Assembly (NCBI GenBank): GCA_965213925.1 | Contig: OZ243927.1 | Span: 1,280,001-1,344,000, forward strand | Origin: Trueperaceae bacterium | Lineage (GTDB): Bacteria; Deinococcota; Deinococci; Deinococcales; Trueperaceae | Length of the DNA: 64,000 nucleotides | Reading direction: 5' to 3' | Part shown: positions 59,446 through 64,000 of the stretch, one piece after another | Position numbering within the stretch: the stretch's first letter is position 1 | Layout: each line of letters begins with the position of its first letter | Position numbers and translations under genes: made by a program | Notes under the pieces: model-generated | The model's input: only the letters and a program-made list of their open reading frames with translations | Databases searched by the model: none | Told to the model about the DNA's origin: nothing

Positions 59446-60234
59446 CTACCACGGCTGCTCGGGTAGCAGCGCTTTGTCAAAACTCAGCGTTCCTGAAAAG
59501 GGAATTGCCGAACCTATACCTACGCTGACGCCGCTGTAGCTGCCGCTTAAACCGCGCTCTACAATCTGCGCGTTGACTTGAAACCTCGAGCCGTCATCAC
59601 CTTCGCTCAGATAGTCGAGCTGCGCGGTATCGGCGGCTAATGTGCAGCGTGCGACGAGTTGCGGGGAATGCGCGACGTTTTCACCGGTGGTGAGGTAGAG
59701 CACCGGTTCTGCCGCGCTAGGGTCTGCACCATTTTTGGTGTTCTCGTCTGCACTTGAAGGAGCGGCGACATAGAGTGCGAGCTGGCGCGTGAGGGCGTCG
59801 GCTGTCGGCGAAGCCTGCACCAAGGTTCCTTTATAGAAACCTACGAGCGGAAAGTCGAAGTCTGCGCAGAGGCGCTCGGGTACAAGCTCGAGCGGCAGCG
59901 TAAAGCTTTCGTTTCGTCCTCTACTCAGCGTAACTTCAGCGCGTCCTTGCACTGTCGCTTGCAGCGTGCCGTAAGACTCGACCCTGCGCTCCAAAGGCGG
60001 TTGGAAGCTTCCCGCGGGCTCAGCGCGCAATGTGAGCGCTTCGCCCGGTCCACTCCAAGAGAGGGTAATCGTCTCTCCGCGGCAGGCGTAAATAGGGTGC
60101 TCGTACCCCCTATCGCCAAAGTTGTTAAGCGTTCTAGCGTTTAAGTCGAGAGGAGGCGGCATCGAGGCGAACAGGCTAGCAAGCCCGGCGATAAAAATAG
60201 CGGCGAATAAAGAGGTTTTAAGGGCGCGGTTCAT
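59446..60234 (-). CDS. Hypothetical exported protein, paralog of 58068-58772
   Basis: N-terminal hydrophobic helix; YACRGE, LVPERLC, GTLVQ, LTRQL and FSGTLSF. Confidence 0.7.
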   Translation of the reverse strand: MNRALKTSLFAAIFIAGLASLFASMPPPLDLNARTLNNFGDRGYEHPIYACRGETITLSWSGPGEALTLRAEPAGSFQPPLERRVESYGTLQATVQGRAEVTLSRGRNESFTLPLELVPERLCADFDFPLVGFYKGTLVQASPTADALTRQLALYVAAPSSADENTKNGADPSAAEPVLYLTTGENVAHSPQLVARCTLAADTAQLDYLSEGDDGSRFQVNAQIVERGLSGSYSGVSVGIGSAIPFSGTLSFDKALLPEQPW

Positions 60235-60401
60235 AGGGTTCTCCAAGCGACGTCAGCGTCTAGCGTAGCTCATACCCCTTGCGTTCAAGCATAAAATTAT
60301 CACACCGAATATTCACGCGGGTTTTAAGAACAAGAAGTGGATAGCCCTCTTTTTGCGACGTCTTCTAAACTGGTCCTCTAAGTCGCATCCAGGAGGTTAA
60401 A

Positions 60402-61472
60402 GTGATGGTGATGAAAGATACCGCAAACGTGAAATGGCAAGCCGTTCTAGCGCGCGATAGAACCGCAGACGGAGCCTTCGTCTACGCCGTACAAGCCACG
60501 CAAATTTACTGTCGCCCGACATGCCCTTCTAAACGCCCTAAGCGCGAAAACGCCCGCTTCTTTGAAAGTTTGGAAGACGCAGAAAACGCAGGCTTTCGTC
60601 CTTGTCTGCGCTGTAAACCCGATGAGGTCAGCCTCGAGCAAAAGGTCGTCGCGCAGCTTCAAGCCCTGCTGGAAACGCGCTACCCCGCGCCCACACTGAA
60701 CGTACTCGCCGCCGAAGTGGACCTCAGCCCGAGCTACGTGCAAAAGTTGTTCAAGAGGGTGATGGGGTTAAGCCCTAAGAAGTATGCGGGCGCGCTGCGG
60801 GCAGAAAAGTTGGCAGGCGAACTCAAAACGCAGGGGACGGTGACGGGCGCGATGTACGGCGCGGGGTACGGCTCGAGCCACGCCCTCTACCGCACCTCTT
60901 CACAAGAATTGGGGATGAACCCTAAAACGTATCAAACAGGTGGTACAGGAGAACGGGTGACGTACGCTTTAGCGGATACCTCTTTAGGAAGAATGCTCAT
61001 CGCCGCCACCGACAAAGGCGTGTGCGCCTTGCGCTTCGGTGAAGATGAGGTGCTTGTGGAAGAACTCAAAGCGGAGTTTCCGAACGCAGAATTGCGTCAG
61101 GACGCCGCTTCTTTAGCGTCTTTAATCGAAGAGGTCGAGTCTCACTTAGCGGGAACATTGCCGACGCTCAATCTACCTCTCGACGTGCACGCCACCGACT
61201 TTCAAAAGCGGGTGTGGAACGCCCTGCGAAGCGTTCCTTACGGCGAGACGCGCTCGTACGCGCAGCTCGCAGCGATGATCGGACAGCCTAAAGCGGTGCG
61301 GGCTGTCGCGAGAGCGTGTGCTACGAACCCTGTCGCGCTCAGCATTCCTTGTCACCGCATTGTGCGCTCTGGTGGCGGGCTCAGCGGCTACCGTTGGGGT
61401 GTAGAACGCAAGGAGAGCCTGCTAAGCCGCGAAGCGTCGCAAGTCGGCGGTCTCTTTGCGGACGCTGAGTAG
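60402..61472 (+). CDS. ada: Bifunctional transcriptional activator / O6-methylguanine-DNA methyltransferase Ada
   Basis: Zn site CRPTC...FRPCLRC, AraC-type HTH and active-site PCHR. Confidence 0.93.
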   Translation: MMVMKDTANVKWQAVLARDRTADGAFVYAVQATQIYCRPTCPSKRPKRENARFFESLEDAENAGFRPCLRCKPDEVSLEQKVVAQLQALLETRYPAPTLNVLAAEVDLSPSYVQKLFKRVMGLSPKKYAGALRAEKLAGELKTQGTVTGAMYGAGYGSSHALYRTSSQELGMNPKTYQTGGTGERVTYALADTSLGRMLIAATDKGVCALRFGEDEVLVEELKAEFPNAELRQDAASLASLIEEVESHLAGTLPTLNLPLDVHATDFQKRVWNALRSVPYGETRSYAQLAAMIGQPKAVRAVARACATNPVALSIPCHRIVRSGGGLSGYRWGVERKESLLSREASQVGGLFADAE

Positions 61473-61555
61473 GTAGGATTTAGGAAAGCAGTGAAGAGGT
61501 ATCAAAACGTTCGGATGAGCGTTGGCGGAAACGTCCAAATGAGTTAAGGTCAGCT

Positions 61556-62392
61556 ATGCTCTCGCTCTACCTCATCGCGGTGACGTCGCTCCTCACGGTG
61601 CTCCTCGTAGTGCTCGTTCGGCAGCGCCAACCCTCCTCGGCAACGGGCGCTGAGGAGGGTTGGCAGCCCGACCTCGCCGAGCAAGCTTACGGCGTCATTG
61701 AGGAGGACGCCCTGACGCTCCACAACGTCCGAAACACGCGCTACCCAGAAACGGGTGAACCTTATGACGCGGTGTGGGAGACGCGCCAGTATGATCTCCG
61801 CAAGGTCAAACGCCTCTGGTTTCTCATCGCCTCGTTCAGCCGCTTTGAGGTGGTCGCCCACACCTTTTTGAGCTTCGAGTTTTCGGATGGTCAGTTTGTA
61901 GCGCTCTCGGTGGAGGCTCGTCCTGAGCGGGGCAGGGATTACAACCTCGTGGAGGGGACGCTCCGCCACTTCGAGCTGAGCTACGTGTTTGGCGACGAGC
62001 GCGACCTCATCTTGCGGCGCACGCTGTATCAGGATACGGAAGTCTACCTCTATCCGCTCGTGACGCCACCTGAAGAGGTTCGCAGTTTGCTCGTTCGCAT
62101 GGTGGAGCGGGCCAACGATATCCGCGATCACGCCCGCTTCTATAACAGCGTCACGGAGAACTGCACGAGCGTCTTGCGCGAACACGCCAACGAGGTGCGC
62201 CCCGGCTCCTTCCCTTCGTTCGCGCTCGCCCAGGTGATGCCGGGGATTTCGGACCGGGTGCTCTATCGCAAAGGTTGGCTTGACACTGATCTACCTTTCG
62301 AGAAAATTCGGGGGCATTTCGCGGTGCAGGAGAAGTCGCGGCGCTGTGAGGCGGACGGGGCGTTCTCAGGGTGTATCCGGGAGTTAGAGTAA
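61556..62392 (+). CDS. DUF4105 (Lnb N-terminal-like) domain protein
   Basis: TLHNVRN, AHTFLSFEF, SVEAR, DERDLILRR and FYNSVTENCT. Confidence 0.8.
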   Translation: MLSLYLIAVTSLLTVLLVVLVRQRQPSSATGAEEGWQPDLAEQAYGVIEEDALTLHNVRNTRYPETGEPYDAVWETRQYDLRKVKRLWFLIASFSRFEVVAHTFLSFEFSDGQFVALSVEARPERGRDYNLVEGTLRHFELSYVFGDERDLILRRTLYQDTEVYLYPLVTPPEEVRSLLVRMVERANDIRDHARFYNSVTENCTSVLREHANEVRPGSFPSFALAQVMPGISDRVLYRKGWLDTDLPFEKIRGHFAVQEKSRRCEADGAFSGCIRELE

Positions 62393-63069
62393 TGAGCGCC
62401 GTCGCGGACCTGTGGGGCGTCATCTGGAGCAGCCTCACGCTGGACCAGGGTTTGTGGCGTGACCTCTCTGACGATCCTGACGCGGTGCGCTTTCGGTTCG
62501 CGCTCCTTATCGTGGTTTTAGCAGGTTTATCTGAGGCCGTCGCGCAGAGCGTGGTTTTATTCCTCAACCAGGTTAGGGCGCACCGTTTCGTGGCGAGCTT
62601 GCTCATCAACGCGCTGCTCTTTACCTTCGGCTACGTGTTTTACGTGCTGAGCATCAACCTCGTCGCTAGGGTCCTATACGGCGCGCCGCGCACGAATGAG
62701 CTTATTCTAGCGAGCGTCGCACTCACCTACGCGCCGCTCATCTTGAGTTTCGCGACGCTGATTCCTTACTTCGGGCGCGGCATCAGAATAGTTTTGTCGG
62801 CGTATCACGTGTTAGCGCTGCTTATCGCGGTGCGAGTAGTGTTTGCGTTAGAGCCCCTCCAGAGCGTCGTCTGCGCCTTCGTAGGCTGGACGCTCTATAC
62901 GCTGCTGAGCGGCACGCTCGGACGCCCGATCATTTCGCTGGCACGCTCTATACGCTACCGCTTTGCGGGCAAACAACTTTTAGAGGTCCAAGAGGTGCGC
63001 CGCCGCTACCGCGAACGGCTCGCGGCGCGTCAAGGCGATCTGGACGAACGTCCGAGCGAGGACGGGTGA
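62392..63069 (+). CDS. Yip1-like multi-pass membrane protein
   Basis: About five TM segments; AGLSEAVAQSVVLFLNQV and YAPLIL. Translationally coupled to both neighbours. Confidence 0.7.
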   Translation: MSAVADLWGVIWSSLTLDQGLWRDLSDDPDAVRFRFALLIVVLAGLSEAVAQSVVLFLNQVRAHRFVASLLINALLFTFGYVFYVLSINLVARVLYGAPRTNELILASVALTYAPLILSFATLIPYFGRGIRIVLSAYHVLALLIAVRVVFALEPLQSVVCAFVGWTLYTLLSGTLGRPIISLARSIRYRFAGKQLLEVQEVRRRYRERLAARQGDLDERPSEDG

Positions 63070-64000
63070 TCACGACCTTGCTCCTGAGCGGTCTAGCTGC
63101 GCTCCTCCTGATGGGGCTCTTCGCGCCCTTCGAGACGTTCGGCTGGTGGGCGGGCTGGTACGGCGAGAAACCGGGCGAGCGTAAACTGCCCGACCCCGAT
63201 GAGGTGCCGCAAACAAACGCCACGCAGTTCGTCGTGTACCTAACGGGCATCAACGGTCTCAATCCGGAGGAGTACACCGAAGCAGAAATGACCTTTCTGA
63301 GTGAACTTCGGAGGCGGTTCCCGGATATCGAACTCGTGGAGAACGCATATCCTTACGCCTCGAGCAACGAGGCGCTCACGGGCGAGCGGTTCTTCGCCTG
63401 GTTTTGGCGGCGTTTGGGCGACATGAGAGGCAAGGGTGCGCTCAGCCTCATCACCTACCTGGTACATCTGCGCAACATCTGGCAGGTGCTCGTTTCTTCG
63501 GACAACCGCTTCGGTCCGCTATACAACTACGCCACCGCGCAGCACGTTCTCGTGAAGCTCCTAGAGCACGGGTATCCGCTAGGTTCTAACACGCCCGTCA
63601 CCTTGATCGGTTACAGCGGCGGCGGGCAGATTTCGGTGGGCGCGGCTCCGCTTTTAGAAGAGGCGATTGACGCGCCCGTCCACGTGATCTCTCTAGGCGG
63701 CGTGATTAGCTCCAACCGCAACATCATGGCGTTAGACGGGCTCGCGCACCTCTACGGCTCCAAAGATATGGTGCAGCGTCTGGGTTACATCTTCTTTCCG
63801 CAACGCTGGCCCTTTTTACGCTGGACCGCCTGGAACAAAGCGCGGCGTGCTGGAATTATTCAGAGAATCTACATGGGACCGATGGTGCACGTCGGACCAC
63901 AGAGCTACATGGACGCACAGACGACCTTAGAGGACGGACAGAGCTACCTGGATAAGACATTAGAGGTAGTGAGCGAGCTGCTTAAACAGTTCGAAACGAG
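63066..64000 (+). CDS. Membrane-anchored alpha/beta-hydrolase-fold protein; partial, runs off the window end
   Basis: GTG start overlaps the previous stop; APFETFGWWAGW, VVYLTGI and nucleophile elbow IGYSGGGQ. Frame open to 64000. Confidence 0.75.
   Translation, partial: MITTLLLSGLAALLLMGLFAPFETFGWWAGWYGEKPGERKLPDPDEVPQTNATQFVVYLTGINGLNPEEYTEAEMTFLSELRRRFPDIELVENAYPYASSNEALTGERFFAWFWRRLGDMRGKGALSLITYLVHLRNIWQVLVSSDNRFGPLYNYATAQHVLVKLLEHGYPLGSNTPVTLIGYSGGGQISVGAAPLLEEAIDAPVHVISLGGVISSNRNIMALDGLAHLYGSKDMVQRLGYIFFPQRWPFLRWTAWNKARRAGIIQRIYMGPMVHVGPQSYMDAQTTLEDGQSYLDKTLEVVSELLKQFET

Overview
A 64-kb window of GC-rich bacterial chromosome, most likely from Deinococcota (Truepera-like). The main evidence is a GlnRS with a C-terminal GatB/YqeY domain, a T-box upstream of ileS and a class II c-di-GMP riboswitch. 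Most of it is housekeeping or metabolic: lgt, ruvC, ileS, rho, an Rrf2/iscS pair, purM, glnS, pntAB, pfkA, fbaB, fbp and ada. The best candidate for an undescribed system is at 9.86-14.0 kb. An unannotated 42-aa secreted peptide ending in GRSSAWGG is transcribed divergently from a subtilase lipoprotein whose pro-region carries four tandem GRSSAWAG repeats. A cytoplasmic TPR + HD-GYP phosphodiesterase follows the subtilase. This layout suggests a Rap/Phr-like peptide signal that feeds into c-di-GMP turnover. A second candidate is an operon of a sugar ABC transporter, an orphan YcaO and an atypical polysaccharide deacetylase. ileS, rho and a RES fragment contain frameshifts that are probably assembly errors. 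I found no CRISPR array, rRNA, tRNA or transposase.
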